A DNA stretch of 64,000 nucleotides, taken from positions 64,001-128,000 of the forward strand of contig CAWJRJ010000012.1 of the NCBI GenBank assembly GCA_963845245.1, read 5' to 3'. The DNA comes from Nitrospirota bacterium (GTDB lineage Bacteria; Nitrospirota; JACRHJ01). A program made the position numbers and the translations under genes. Position 1 is the stretch's first letter, and each line of letters opens with the position of its first letter. Positions 8,791 to 18,910 of this stretch are shown one piece after another. Below the pieces are notes generated by a model. The model did no database searches. It was not told the origin of the DNA and saw nothing but the letters and a program-made list of their open reading frames with translations.

Positions 8791-9391
8791 TTAGGCGCTG
8801 GAGCCTCCGTTACCCTCTCGATGACCGAGTCTATCAGGCCGTACTCCTTCGCCTGCTCGCCGCCCATGAAGAAGTCGCGGTCGGTGTCCTGCCTGATCCG
8901 CTCTATGCTCCTGCCCGGTGGCGTTCGCCAGTATCTGGTTCAGGGTCTCCTTCAGCCTGAGTATCTCTCTTGCGTGTATCTCGATGTCCGTCGCCTGGCC
9001 CTGGAACCCGCCCAGAGGCTGGTGGATCATGATACGGGAGTTCGGCAGGGAGAACCTGCGGCCCTTTGCCCCGGCCGAAAGCAGGAGCGCGCCCATGCTT
9101 GCGGCCTGGCCCGACGCATATCGTGGATACCGGCGCCTTGACGTAGTTCATAGTGTCCATTATGGCAAGACCTGCCGTCACAACGCCGCCTGGGCTGTTG
9201 ATGTAGAGATGTATCTCCTTGTCCGGGTCGTCCGCTTCGAGGAACAGTATCTGGGCGATTATGCTGTTCGCGACGTCGTCGTCGATGGCGGTGCCCAGAA
9301 ATATTATCCTGTCCTTTAGAAGGCGGGAATAGATGTCGTAAGACCTCTCGCCCCTGGACGTCTGTTCTATTACATACGGTATCAGCATCAA
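8791..9391 (-). CDS. clpP: Clp protease proteolytic subunit ClpP (two frameshifts, ~9110 and ~8915)
   Basis: [31 protein letters not shown] across frames. Confidence 0.95.
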
Positions 9392-9473
9392 ACCCTCCGG
9401 GTCAATTAAACGCCCAAATTCATATTAATAGTGTAATCCCAAACAGCGGGAAATGCAAGAGAGCGCTTGTTCG

Positions 9474-10763
9474 TCAGGCGGTTTTCTTTGCATTGTCCAG
9501 GAGGAACTGGAGGACCTTGTCCTCGCCGACAATACCCCTGAGGCCCTCAAGGCTCCCGTCCTTCTTCTCGTACATCTCCTTAATCTTCTCCGGCGGGTAC
9601 CCGACCTCGGCAGAAAGCCTCCTGACGCCGGCCTCCATCTCGGAGTCCGTGACCTTTATGTCCTCTTTATCGGCGATTGCCGCCATTATAATGGTGGATT
9701 TCACCCTCTCTTCCGCAATCGGCCTCATCTCGGCCTCGAAGGCCTTCATGTCAAAGCCTGCCTGTGACGGAGTCTGGCCGGACTGCATTATCTCCTGCTG
9801 GCGGCGCATGACAAGCGCGCGGACCTCTTTTTCGACCATATTGGCCGGGAGTTCAAACTCGTTGCGCTTTACAAGCTCCTTTAATATCATGTCCTTCTGG
9901 CGGGCGATAAAGGCCCTTTCCTTGTAGCCCAGGATGTCTCTTTTTATCCTTTCCTCAAGCTCAGCCGCTGTCTGGCCCAGTCCCGAGTCCTTCGCGAGGT
10001 CGTCGTCGAGCGCGGGTTTTACCTTCTTTTTCAGCTCCTTGAGGGCTATCTTGAACATGGCGTCCTTGCCGGCCAGCTCCGTATTCTTATAGTTGTCCGG
10101 GAATTTTACGTTTATGTCTTTCTGCTCGCCCTTCTTAAGGCCGACAAGCTGTTCCTCGAAACCGGGGATGAACGAGTTGGAACCGAGCTGTAACGGGTAG
10201 TTTTCCGCCTTCCCGCCGGGAAGTGCGGCACCGTCCACGAAGCCCTCGAAATCTATGACAACGTAGTCGTCGTTAGACGAGGGGCGGTCCTCTTCCACGG
10301 TCTCAAGGATCGCATGGACGTCCCTGATCTCATCGATGGCCTCGGCAAGCTCCTCCGGGGTCACTTCGACCTTCTCTTCCTTTATCTCAACGCCCTTGTA
10401 CTCGGCAAGCTCGAATTTCGGCCTGACTTCCATAACGGCAGTAAAAACAAGGGGCTGGCCCTTCTTGAGGGCAAGGTCTTTTTCCTCGAAGGTCGGCTCC
10501 TCGACGGGTATGATCCCGGACTGCCTGACCGCCTCGAAATAGGCCCTGGGGATCAGCCGCTCGATTACCTCGGCATCGACGCTCTTGGAGTACTTCTTCT
10601 CGAGGAAGCTCCTCGGGGCCTTGCCAGGGCGGAAGCCGTCGATCTTCACATCCCTGTTCAGCTCTATGTAGGCCTTATCGAGCGCGGTTGTTATATCCTC
10701 AACGGGTATTTCGACCTTTAATTTTCTTTTGGTGGCGCTTAACTCTTCCAGTTCAAATTTCAT
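9474..10763 (-). CDS. tig: Trigger factor
   Basis: GFRPGKAP ribosome-binding motif, FKBP-like FIPGFEEQLVG; tig-clpP-clpX order. Confidence 0.97.
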   Translation of the reverse strand: MKFELEELSATKRKLKVEIPVEDITTALDKAYIELNRDVKIDGFRPGKAPRSFLEKKYSKSVDAEVIERLIPRAYFEAVRQSGIIPVEEPTFEEKDLALKKGQPLVFTAVMEVRPKFELAEYKGVEIKEEKVEVTPEELAEAIDEIRDVHAILETVEEDRPSSNDDYVVIDFEGFVDGAALPGGKAENYPLQLGSNSFIPGFEEQLVGLKKGEQKDINVKFPDNYKNTELAGKDAMFKIALKELKKKVKPALDDDLAKDSGLGQTAAELEERIKRDILGYKERAFIARQKDMILKELVKRNEFELPANMVEKEVRALVMRRQQEIMQSGQTPSQAGFDMKAFEAEMRPIAEERVKSTIIMAAIADKEDIKVTDSEMEAGVRRLSAEVGYPPEKIKEMYEKKDGSLEGLRGIVGEDKVLQFLLDNAKKTA

Positions 10764-10827
10764 CTTTCCGGATTCTCCTTAGTTTTGGACTATTTGGGGC
10801 ACATGCGGTCTGTATACCTTAGAAACT

Positions 10828-10910
<83 letters not shown>

Positions 10911-11001
10911 AATACGCAAAAGGATACAACTATCATATTTTACTGGTATTTGTCAATATTTTTGCTGATTATGGAAGAGATTCTGACGATTTCTGGATAT
11001 T

Positions 11002-11025
11002 AAAGAAGGGAGCCTTTCGGCTCCC
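11002..11025 (-). terminator. Intrinsic terminator
   Basis: GGGAGCC-GAAA-GGCTCCC-TTCTTT on minus strand. Confidence 0.75.
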
Positions 11026-11031
11026 GTTAGA

Positions 11032-12300
11032 TCAGCACCTGCCTCCTCTGCAACCGCCACCGCCGTGGCCGCCTCCATGTCCGCCACCGCTACCGAAACC
11101 TCCGGTACCAAACGACCTGGACCCGCCGGATGGGCCGGGCGAGAACGACCTGGGCGACGAGAAGCCCCTATTGCCAGAGCCAGTCGACAAAGAACGGCTG
11201 GCAGGAGCGACGGACCTGGACCAGCCTGTCGCTGGACGACCCGTATCGAACGACCTGTTTCTGACCGATGGCGCAGTGTCGAATGAACGGTTCGTATTTA
11301 ACGACCTGCCTTTGAACGAAGGCGCTTTGTCGAAAGAACGAGCACCAAAGTTGGAGCCGTTGCCAAAATGGTCTCTGCCCATCCTGCCGGACGTGGTAAG
11401 GGAATTACCCCTCTCACGAGTTACTGTGTTTCTCAGGATGTTCTCGGCGCCCCTCCTGGTATCGGGATTGGTGGTAAACCGCGTTGTGTTGGACGACCTG
11501 TTGTGGCGGGTGATATCGGACCCCGTCCTCGTATTCCTTGTGACAGGGTCGATAGTTGCTACCTTGTTCGTGTTCTTGTCCACTACACGGTTTGAAATCA
11601 GCTTGTCATGGTCACCGTAATGGTGGTCACCGTCGTGATGGTGACGGTGGTGGTGTCCGCCATGATGATCATAGTCGATTATGGTGAAGTCATTAAGTAC
11701 GTAATAACCCGGGAACCAGTAGCCGCCCCACCAGAACGGGTATGGGTCCCAAGCGTACAGATATGCGTAATCAGGCGGTGGCGCGTAGTATGTAATCACA
11801 GGCGGCCCCTCGTCATAGTAGTAGTTGACTATGGCATCCTGATCTTGCTGGTATTCCTCCGGGGTGCCGTATTCCTCACCCGTCACGTATCCCTTCGCCC
11901 TGCCGGGTGCACCCGTGTCGGCGGCTATCGGAAGCTCGAACTCCTTAACGAGTGCCGCAAACCTCTCGTCGGCAGTTTTCTTGTCGAGCTTGACCTTTAC
12001 TCCGTCTGCCGCATCCATGACGGAGGACCTGACTTCCGCAAGCACGTCAGGAGTAACGGGGAAGTCTGATATCCAGCCGTTTTTCGGAGAGATCCCTGCG
12101 GTAGCCAATGCCCTTTCGGCGTCGGCTTCATTGTCCGTCTTTACAAGGCTTAGCGTATCGGCGAGCCTGACGGCGAAATCTCCTTCTCTTACGAGGTTTT
12201 GCTCAATCGGAGGAGTGTTGTAGGCGCCTTTTTCAACTGCAAGGGCGGATAATGGTACAAATAGCAGCAGTCCTAAAATGAACAGCACAAGTGTTTTCAT
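11032..12300 (-). CDS. Hypothetical secreted protein with His-rich segment and Arg/Ser/Gly-rich disordered tail
   Basis: Signal peptide, Tyr/Pro/Trp-rich core, HHGGHHHRHHH, RSF repeats, C-terminal GGGCRGGRC. Confidence 0.8.
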   Translation of the reverse strand: MKTLVLFILGLLLFVPLSALAVEKGAYNTPPIEQNLVREGDFAVRLADTLSLVKTDNEADAERALATAGISPKNGWISDFPVTPDVLAEVRSSVMDAADGVKVKLDKKTADERFAALVKEFELPIAADTGAPGRAKGYVTGEEYGTPEEYQQDQDAIVNYYYDEGPPVITYYAPPPDYAYLYAWDPYPFWWGGYWFPGYYVLNDFTIIDYDHHGGHHHRHHHDGDHHYGDHDKLISNRVVDKNTNKVATIDPVTRNTRTGSDITRHNRSSNTTRFTTNPDTRRGAENILRNTVTRERGNSLTTSGRMGRDHFGNGSNFGARSFDKAPSFKGRSLNTNRSFDTAPSVRNRSFDTGRPATGWSRSVAPASRSLSTGSGNRGFSSPRSFSPGPSGGSRSFGTGGFGSGGGHGGGHGGGGCRGGRC

Positions 12301-12382
12301 AGCACACCTTGCCCTTCGCCTCCTTTACTATATGTATATAATAAAGTATAGCTCTTTCCGACTCTTTATGCAAAGTACCGGG

Positions 12383-14422
12383 CTAATTCCTGCGGAGAAG
12401 GTCAAGGGCATCTCTCAAGGCGGCAGACTCCTCCTCGCCGACCCTGTATCCCCCAAACCGGACCTTGTTATACAGCTCTGTTATGTACAGCACACCTTTG
12501 TATGCCTCTTCTTTTTCGTCCGTGTATTTGAGTGCGAACTCGGCAGGTGTAGCCGAGGGAGGGCGTTTAATGCCCTTCCGGGCAAGTATCTTGTTCATTT
12601 CATTATAGAACCATATGTCAGCGGCGCGCCTTTGTTTTCCATGTTTCCTCTTTAGATAGAAAATGGCGACAGATATGGATAATATGACCAACAACAGCAC
12701 AATGGCGGTTACCGGTAGACGGGGCAGGGCACGCCCTTTCGTGCCGGCCAGCCACGTTAGAGCCTCCAGGGCATCGTCCCGTGTCCTGGTCAATCGGTTT
12801 GACACCTCCCTTGCCATTCCCGCTTGGTCGCGCAGGTTGTAGAAGACTATGTATCGGTCCCATTTGTATTTTAGGAGGTCGGCGAACTTGGATAAAGCCG
12901 TTATTGGTGTTGCTAAGGTGGAGCGCGCTGCAGGTGTGGGGTCGAACGTTACCCAGCCATATTCGAGGAAATATACCTCCACCCATGTGTGGGCGTCACG
13001 CTCCCTTACGATATAATATTGTCCCATTTCGTTATAGTCTCCGCCCATGAACCCGGATACCAGCCTGGACGGGACTCCTGCCGCCCTCAGGAGCAGCGTC
13101 ATGGAGGTGGCGAAATGCTCGCAGTAACCGGACTTTGAATGGAAGAGGAAGTCGTCTACCGGCGAGAACCTCTTATCCCTGGGAGGGTCAAGCGAGTAGG
13201 TGTAGTTCTTCTTGAGGTAATCCATTATCATGCGGGCTTTCCGGTACCTGTTTTCCTCTCCGGCTGTGATACTATTTGCGAGTGAGACTATCCCCTCTGA
13301 ACCATCCGGGAGCTGCAGGTATCTGTCGGCGTCCTGAGGCATAATCGGAGGCTGGCGTTCAAGGTCGTGCGCCGGAGGATCGACTGGCGCCGATGAGACT
13401 GTGTAGTCGATGCGCCCTGCGGGCGGAGTGAGCAGGAATATGTCCCTGAATTGGTCGAATATCAGGTTTCTAGTGGCAATGTTGATTTCGAAGGCCGGGT
13501 CTATGACAAAAAGCGTGGCCGACTCCGTAGGTTCCAGTGATATCCTCTGGACAAGCGGCTCCTTTGGAGGTATACGGCCAATGCCGAGGTGAAACGGGCC
13601 GTATCCCCTTTCAAGCATTACACGTTTTTTGATGCTGTCTTCCCAGGAGGTCCCGTTATAGCGGTCGTAGGCGCGGCCTCGCCAGTAAAGCTCCAGAGGT
13701 GGCTTGGCCCCTGAAAACTCCACTCGCATCACTGCGGTAGGGTCAAGCAGTATCTCACCCATCGAACCGAGCTCCACCCTGTCCGAGAAACCCGCGGACT
13801 TGAGCAGCCCTCCCGTGTGTCTGCTGAAATAGCCGATTCCCACCCTGGGGATGGTGAGGAATATGGCGAGCGTAAAAACTGTCGATGCGAGGGTGAGAAG
13901 CGCCGTGGCGATGAAAAAAAGCCTGCCCGCCTTCCATCCGGCCGCCGTCTTGCCGGCCCTCTCGGCCTCTGACTTGACGGTGAGCAACATGAGCGACCAT
14001 GTGAGCGAGATGAAGAAGGCCATGAAGCCCCACAGGAACCCGATATCGGTGGAAAGGCCGGTCGATGCGAGCAGTATGAAGAAACTAACGCCGTACAACT
14101 GGATGTAGTCGCGGTCCCTTACCAGAGACAGCGATTTCAGGCATAGCAGGATTACCAGGAAATGTGCGCCCGCAAGGATGAGCGAACCGCTGATATAGAA
14201 AAAATCAAAAATGGATAATACTGCTGCGGCGATTGTGGCGACGGTGACCGTGCGTCCCTTTAAAAACAGCGGTCTTGATGAAGACAACGCGGCCGAACCC
14301 GCGACGAGCGCTGCGGCAGGGACTACGAGCCAGTCTGCGGCCTCACGTGTGATAAACAGCGCAAAAAGCCCGGACAGGGCCACCAGAGCTGACGTTAGCT
14401 TAAGCGCTTTTTCTAATCTCAT
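12383..14422 (-). CDS. Membrane-bound transglutaminase-like protein (TgpA/DUF3488 type)
   Basis: N-terminal TM helices, LYWRG..YD.Y.G..W, catalytic GYCEHFA, AHTWVEVY, W..FDPT. Confidence 0.92.
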   Translation of the reverse strand: MRLEKALKLTSALVALSGLFALFITREAADWLVVPAAALVAGSAALSSSRPLFLKGRTVTVATIAAAVLSIFDFFYISGSLILAGAHFLVILLCLKSLSLVRDRDYIQLYGVSFFILLASTGLSTDIGFLWGFMAFFISLTWSLMLLTVKSEAERAGKTAAGWKAGRLFFIATALLTLASTVFTLAIFLTIPRVGIGYFSRHTGGLLKSAGFSDRVELGSMGEILLDPTAVMRVEFSGAKPPLELYWRGRAYDRYNGTSWEDSIKKRVMLERGYGPFHLGIGRIPPKEPLVQRISLEPTESATLFVIDPAFEINIATRNLIFDQFRDIFLLTPPAGRIDYTVSSAPVDPPAHDLERQPPIMPQDADRYLQLPDGSEGIVSLANSITAGEENRYRKARMIMDYLKKNYTYSLDPPRDKRFSPVDDFLFHSKSGYCEHFATSMTLLLRAAGVPSRLVSGFMGGDYNEMGQYYIVRERDAHTWVEVYFLEYGWVTFDPTPAARSTLATPITALSKFADLLKYKWDRYIVFYNLRDQAGMAREVSNRLTRTRDDALEALTWLAGTKGRALPRLPVTAIVLLLVILSISVAIFYLKRKHGKQRRAADIWFYNEMNKILARKGIKRPPSATPAEFALKYTDEKEEAYKGVLYITELYNKVRFGGYRVGEEESAALRDALDLLRRN

Positions 14423-15477
14423 AAAGCTACACCCGGGAATATGCCGCCCTTTGCATCCACGGTAACAATCAAGCCCTCGCCGGGCACTATATCGCCAGCA
14501 TCGGGCCCGTATACCGGTCCTATAGTTGAGAGGACCTCCATAATGTACAGGAACTGACGGTGGCCCCTTGCCGCAGGTATCGACAGGCCGCGTGTCGCGA
14601 GGGCCACAGGCCGCTCCAGTTCATGGATGAAGCGGTATGCCAGAGATGCTGCCGTTTCTACAGCATCTTCGAAGCCCTCAGAGGAAGCCGTACCTACTCC
14701 TCCTGCCATGTTGTCGAAGGCGAGGCAGACTGCGTCTTTGCGTTCTGCCTCGAACTCCTTTGCCATCAGGACGGAGGTACGCGCCGAGCCCTTCCAGTGT
14801 ATAATCCTGGCCTCGTCGGTAGGCTGGTACTCCCTGATGTTCCGTATCTCCGGGGAGAGGCCCCGCTTATGCAGGCTGTAGTCGCCCCTGTCGGGGGCAG
14901 CATGATCCGGTAACTCGTAACCGGTTGGAAGGATTTGCGGAAAGACCACCCTGGTCTCCTTGAGCGGCAGGTATATCGTCTTCCTGAACAGTCCGAACGG
15001 GAAGGCCGTGGACACCGCGACCCCGTCGACGGACCAGGGCCCGCGCGCCTCTACCGTCTCTTCCACGTTGCAAGCGGCAGTGCTACCCGGCGACAGCCTC
15101 GTCACAAATGTCGCGCCTGAGCCTATTTTCTTGTGGGGGTAATAGAGCGATACGGAAAGGGCGAACGAGGGTATCCGCTTCTTCCGGGTGGAAATCGTGA
15201 TACGCGCTTTGAAGGGTGTCTTCGCGTAAATCTCGTCGGGAAGCTTCCTTGCGGCCTTAAGGCCTTTCAGGCACTGCTCCGATATTATGCCCGAAACGGT
15301 GACCATCGAAAGCATCATCGATACTACGAGGTAGAGTAGGTTGCTGCCGCTGTTTATCGCTGCGACTCCGAGCGAGAACGCAACTGCCAGGAACCAGCCG
15401 CCAAGGGGGGTGAACGTCAGGCCCCGGTTTGCGACCGTCAGCCTGAAACGCCTTTTTTGTTTGCCAGGATTCTTCAT
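14419..15477 (-). CDS. DUF58 domain protein
   Basis: AAINSGSNLLYL, PFGLF, IREY...D..R.IHWK.SAR, KEFE. Confidence 0.92.
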   Translation of the reverse strand: MKNPGKQKRRFRLTVANRGLTFTPLGGWFLAVAFSLGVAAINSGSNLLYLVVSMMLSMVTVSGIISEQCLKGLKAARKLPDEIYAKTPFKARITISTRKKRIPSFALSVSLYYPHKKIGSGATFVTRLSPGSTAACNVEETVEARGPWSVDGVAVSTAFPFGLFRKTIYLPLKETRVVFPQILPTGYELPDHAAPDRGDYSLHKRGLSPEIRNIREYQPTDEARIIHWKGSARTSVLMAKEFEAERKDAVCLAFDNMAGGVGTASSEGFEDAVETAASLAYRFIHELERPVALATRGLSIPAARGHRQFLYIMEVLSTIGPVYGPDAGDIVPGEGLIVTVDAKGGIFPGVAL

Positions 15478-15527
15478 CTTTACGGTATGATACCATAAGA
15501 CCATACTTTCATATGAGCAAAAATTCT

Positions 15528-15557
15528 TTGACTGTGGCAGGTTTTATGGGCTACACT
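15528..15557 (+). promoter_or_regulatory. Sigma70-like promoter 6 nt before the moxR ATG (leaderless candidate)
   Basis: TTGACT-N18-TACACT-ATCCGG-ATG. Confidence 0.5.
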
Positions 15558-15563
15558 ATCCGG

Positions 15564-16502
15564 ATGAAAACCAACGAGATGATAAAGGCGCTTGTCGACA
15601 ACGTCGGCATAGCGATAAAAGGCAAACCCGATGCGGTGAAGCTCGCCGTCGTGACGCTCATCGGTCGGGGCCACTTGCTGATCGAGGACGTGCCCGGGAT
15701 TGGCAAGACGACGCTGGCTTTTTCCCTCGCGCGCTCCATCAACTGTTCCTTTAACAGGGTGCAGTTCACCTCCGACCTCATGCCATCCGACATCATAGGT
15801 GTTACCATCTACAACCAGACCCGCCAGGAGTTTGAGTTCAAGCCTGGGCCCATATTCGCCAACATCATCCTCGCGGACGAGATAAACCGCACCACCCCGA
15901 AGACCCAGAGTGCATTGCTTGAGGCTATGAACGAGGGGCAGGTGACGGTGGAGAGCGCCACACACCTGCTGCCGGACCCGTTTATGGTGGTCGCAACGCA
16001 GAACCCGTTGGAGTTTCACGGGACCTACCCGCTGCCCGAATCGCAGATGGACCGCTTCATGATGCGCATCCAGCTGGGTTACCCGGAGATATCCGACGAG
16101 AAGGAGATATTGAAGGCTTACGCGGGCGGTACTGTGAAGGACGTGGTTGGGCCGGTGCTTAATGCCGGTGACGTGACATTCCTTCAGAACGAGGCGTTAA
16201 AGGTGCGGATGGACGACAGCCTGCTGGACTATATTATCGCGATAGTGGACGCGACCCGCAACAAAGACAGCCTCGCGCTCGGTTCAAGCCCCAGGGGCAC
16301 GTTGTTCCTCCAGAGGGCGGCTCGCGCCCATGCGCTGGTCTCGGGCAGGGACTACTGCATCCCGGACGACATCAAGGGGCTGGCGGTGCATGTGCTTTCC
16401 CACCGTGTGATACTGAACGCACGCGGCGGGTTCGGCCGCAGGCAGGGCGACGCAGAAGAGGTCATCCGCGATATCCTTGAGTCGGTGGAAGTGCCGGTCT
16501 AG
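15564..16502 (+). CDS. moxR: MoxR-family AAA+ ATPase
   Basis: HLLIEDVPGIGKT, QFTSDLMPSDI, ADEINR, ATQNPLE..GTYPLPE.Q.DRF. Confidence 0.95.
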   Translation: MKTNEMIKALVDNVGIAIKGKPDAVKLAVVTLIGRGHLLIEDVPGIGKTTLAFSLARSINCSFNRVQFTSDLMPSDIIGVTIYNQTRQEFEFKPGPIFANIILADEINRTTPKTQSALLEAMNEGQVTVESATHLLPDPFMVVATQNPLEFHGTYPLPESQMDRFMMRIQLGYPEISDEKEILKAYAGGTVKDVVGPVLNAGDVTFLQNEALKVRMDDSLLDYIIAIVDATRNKDSLALGSSPRGTLFLQRAARAHALVSGRDYCIPDDIKGLAVHVLSHRVILNARGGFGRRQGDAEEVIRDILESVEVPV

Positions 16503-16533
16503 ATACTTTTTTCCATCCGAAAAACAGATAATC

Positions 16534-17820
16534 ATGGGACACGATCACATCTACCGCAAGCTAGGCGACAAGATGGACAGCCTCGTTGTCAGGACGCCGT
16601 GGAACGAGACGTTCCATCAGATCCTGAAAGAACTCTACTCCGAAGAAGAGGCGGAGGTAATCGTAAAGATGCCCTATGGCCTTGCGGAGTTCGAGAAGGT
16701 CCAGAGGGCTACGGGGTATGAAAGTGTAAGGCTCCAGAACATCCTTGACCGGCTTTGCACGAAGGGACTGGTCACGGACCTCTTCTTGGACGGGCAGTAT
16801 CACTATGCGCCGTCGCCTTATATCATCGGAGTGTTCGAGTTCACGATGATGCGGACGGACGGCGGGGTGGACCATAAAAAGATATCCCGCCTCTTCGAGG
16901 ACTACACCTCCGGCACCTTCTTCGATGCAAATGCAAAGGACGATGTATCCCCGATGAGGGCGCTTCCTCATGAGGGCGCGTCGGGAGAACACATCGAAGT
17001 GCTGGACTACGCGAAGGCGACAGCAATAATTGAGGAGGCCGACAGGTTCTCAATAGGAATCTGCTCGTGCAGGCACAAGAAGCTGCACCTGGGGGAGAAG
17101 AAGTGCGACGTGCCGCTCGATACCTGTTCCTCGTTCGGGCTTGCGGCCGATTACCTCATCAGGCGTGGCCTCGCAAAAGAAGTATCAAAGACGCAGATGT
17201 TTGAGAATGTCGCCCGCTCGAAGGAGCTGGGGCTTGTGCTGAATGCCGACAACGTTCAAAGAAACGTTACCTTCATCTGCCACTGCTGCGCGGACTGCTG
17301 CGTGCCTTTGCAAGGGATCAGCAAGTACGGGTACACAAAGGTAGTGGTATCATCAGGCTTCATCCCGAAGATAGACGAGGATACTTGCGAGGGCTGCGGA
17401 AAATGCGTCAAGGCCTGCGCAATCAACGCGATCAAGATGCTGCCACTGGAGAGTCCGAAGGGAAAGCGGAAGAAGGGGCCGAAGGTGGACGAGGCCATAT
17501 GTCTGGGCTGCGGCGTGTGCGCGCTTAAGTGCAAGACCGGCGCGCTCCGTCTTATCAACAGCGAGAAGCGGGTGATACATCCCGAAACCACGTTCGAGCG
17601 GATAATCCTTCAATGCCTGGAGAAGGGCACGCTCCAGTATCAGCTCTTCGGCGATCCGGCAAGCATCTCGCACAAGTTCATGCGCGGGCTGGTGGGCGGG
17701 TTCCTCAGGATGCCGCCTGTAAAGAGGGCGCTCATGGGCGACACGTTGCGCTCGAAATTTTTAAGCTCGCTAAAGGCGGGCGTGGAAAGACAAGGCAAGG
17801 ACTGGGCGCTGAAGATATAA
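16534..17820 (+). CDS. 4Fe-4S dicluster-containing protein
   Basis: C..CG.C...C twice (CEGCGKCVKAC, CLGCGVCALKC); CSCR and ICHCC..CC motifs. Confidence 0.9.
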   Translation: MGHDHIYRKLGDKMDSLVVRTPWNETFHQILKELYSEEEAEVIVKMPYGLAEFEKVQRATGYESVRLQNILDRLCTKGLVTDLFLDGQYHYAPSPYIIGVFEFTMMRTDGGVDHKKISRLFEDYTSGTFFDANAKDDVSPMRALPHEGASGEHIEVLDYAKATAIIEEADRFSIGICSCRHKKLHLGEKKCDVPLDTCSSFGLAADYLIRRGLAKEVSKTQMFENVARSKELGLVLNADNVQRNVTFICHCCADCCVPLQGISKYGYTKVVVSSGFIPKIDEDTCEGCGKCVKACAINAIKMLPLESPKGKRKKGPKVDEAICLGCGVCALKCKTGALRLINSEKRVIHPETTFERIILQCLEKGTLQYQLFGDPASISHKFMRGLVGGFLRMPPVKRALMGDTLRSKFLSSLKAGVERQGKDWALKI

Positions 17821-17899
17821 AGATCAGACCAGTTTCATCACCTTCTCCGCCACCGCGCAGGCATCACCGCAATATAATTGAACCGGTGAAAACTACGAT

Positions 17900-18895
17900 A
17901 TGAAAAAGCAGCTTGCGCAGAGAATATTACTATCCATTGCAGTCGGGATTTCAGCGGGTTTTTTATCCACAGTCTTCCCGGGGACAGTACCATATAAGGG
18001 TGTTCAGGTTGGCGACTTGGGCACTTCCATATTAGGCCTGGAACATTTCTTTTCTTCCCACTCCGCATATATTGAACCTATAACCTATGCCGGCTTGCCG
18101 GCAGTAATGTACCCTTTTACCACAATGCTTTTCGTTGGCCCGTTCATGGTTTTGCCTTTGAAGTGGATAGGGCCGATATTCTGTGGGCTGACCTCTTTCG
18201 TTTTTGCCTACGCACTGTTGTATGATTGGAAACCATGGAGACTTCTGGTGCTCGCTTCCGTGCCATACCTGTCCTCTTTGCAATCAATCCAGTTCGCTCC
18301 CCTTTTAACCGCAGCCTATTACTTGCCGTTTCTTTTGCCTCTAGTGGTAATAAAACCTCAACTGGGATTGCCGCTGCTAACAACAGGCAATTGGTCAAGG
18401 AAAACACTATTGACAGCAGCAGTAATAGTCTTGATAAGCCTTATAGTCTATCCTGCCTGGCCGTTCGAATGGTTTGCCTATGGAAATCTGTCTTCTTATG
18501 AGGGGCGGTCGCCTCTTACTCAGGGTTTGGGCTTTTTGCTTTTATTGTCCGCAATTAAATGGCGGGATAAACGGGCCAGGCTGCTGTTGACCATGGCCAT
18601 AATCCCACAGCGTTTATGGTATGACCAGCTTATGATATTCGCGATTCCCATGACACGGATACAGCTTTTAATTCTACTGATAGGGTCGTGGCTCAGCCCG
18701 TTATTAAGCCTTGACCATTCGTGGCTTCTCGATTCAGGCAGGCAAGACCCTAAATCGTGGTGGGCGGTGGTTTCCTTAGTTTACCTGCCTGCTCTCTGTA
18801 TGGTTTTTGAGGAAGAAATAAAAATTGGAATAATCTGGATTAAAGGCTTGATTTTGAATAACGCCGTTTTCCGCAAGTCATGGCAATTTAAATAG
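17900..18895 (+). CDS. Polytopic membrane protein, possibly GT87/DUF2029-like
   Basis: Many TM segments; YP....L..P...LP, IKPQLGL, YDQL; lower GC than flanks. Confidence 0.55.
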   Translation: MKKQLAQRILLSIAVGISAGFLSTVFPGTVPYKGVQVGDLGTSILGLEHFFSSHSAYIEPITYAGLPAVMYPFTTMLFVGPFMVLPLKWIGPIFCGLTSFVFAYALLYDWKPWRLLVLASVPYLSSLQSIQFAPLLTAAYYLPFLLPLVVIKPQLGLPLLTTGNWSRKTLLTAAVIVLISLIVYPAWPFEWFAYGNLSSYEGRSPLTQGLGFLLLLSAIKWRDKRARLLLTMAIIPQRLWYDQLMIFAIPMTRIQLLILLIGSWLSPLLSLDHSWLLDSGRQDPKSWWAVVSLVYLPALCMVFEEEIKIGIIWIKGLILNNAVFRKSWQFK

Positions 18896-18910
18896 GTTTC
18901 GGCGGTACTG

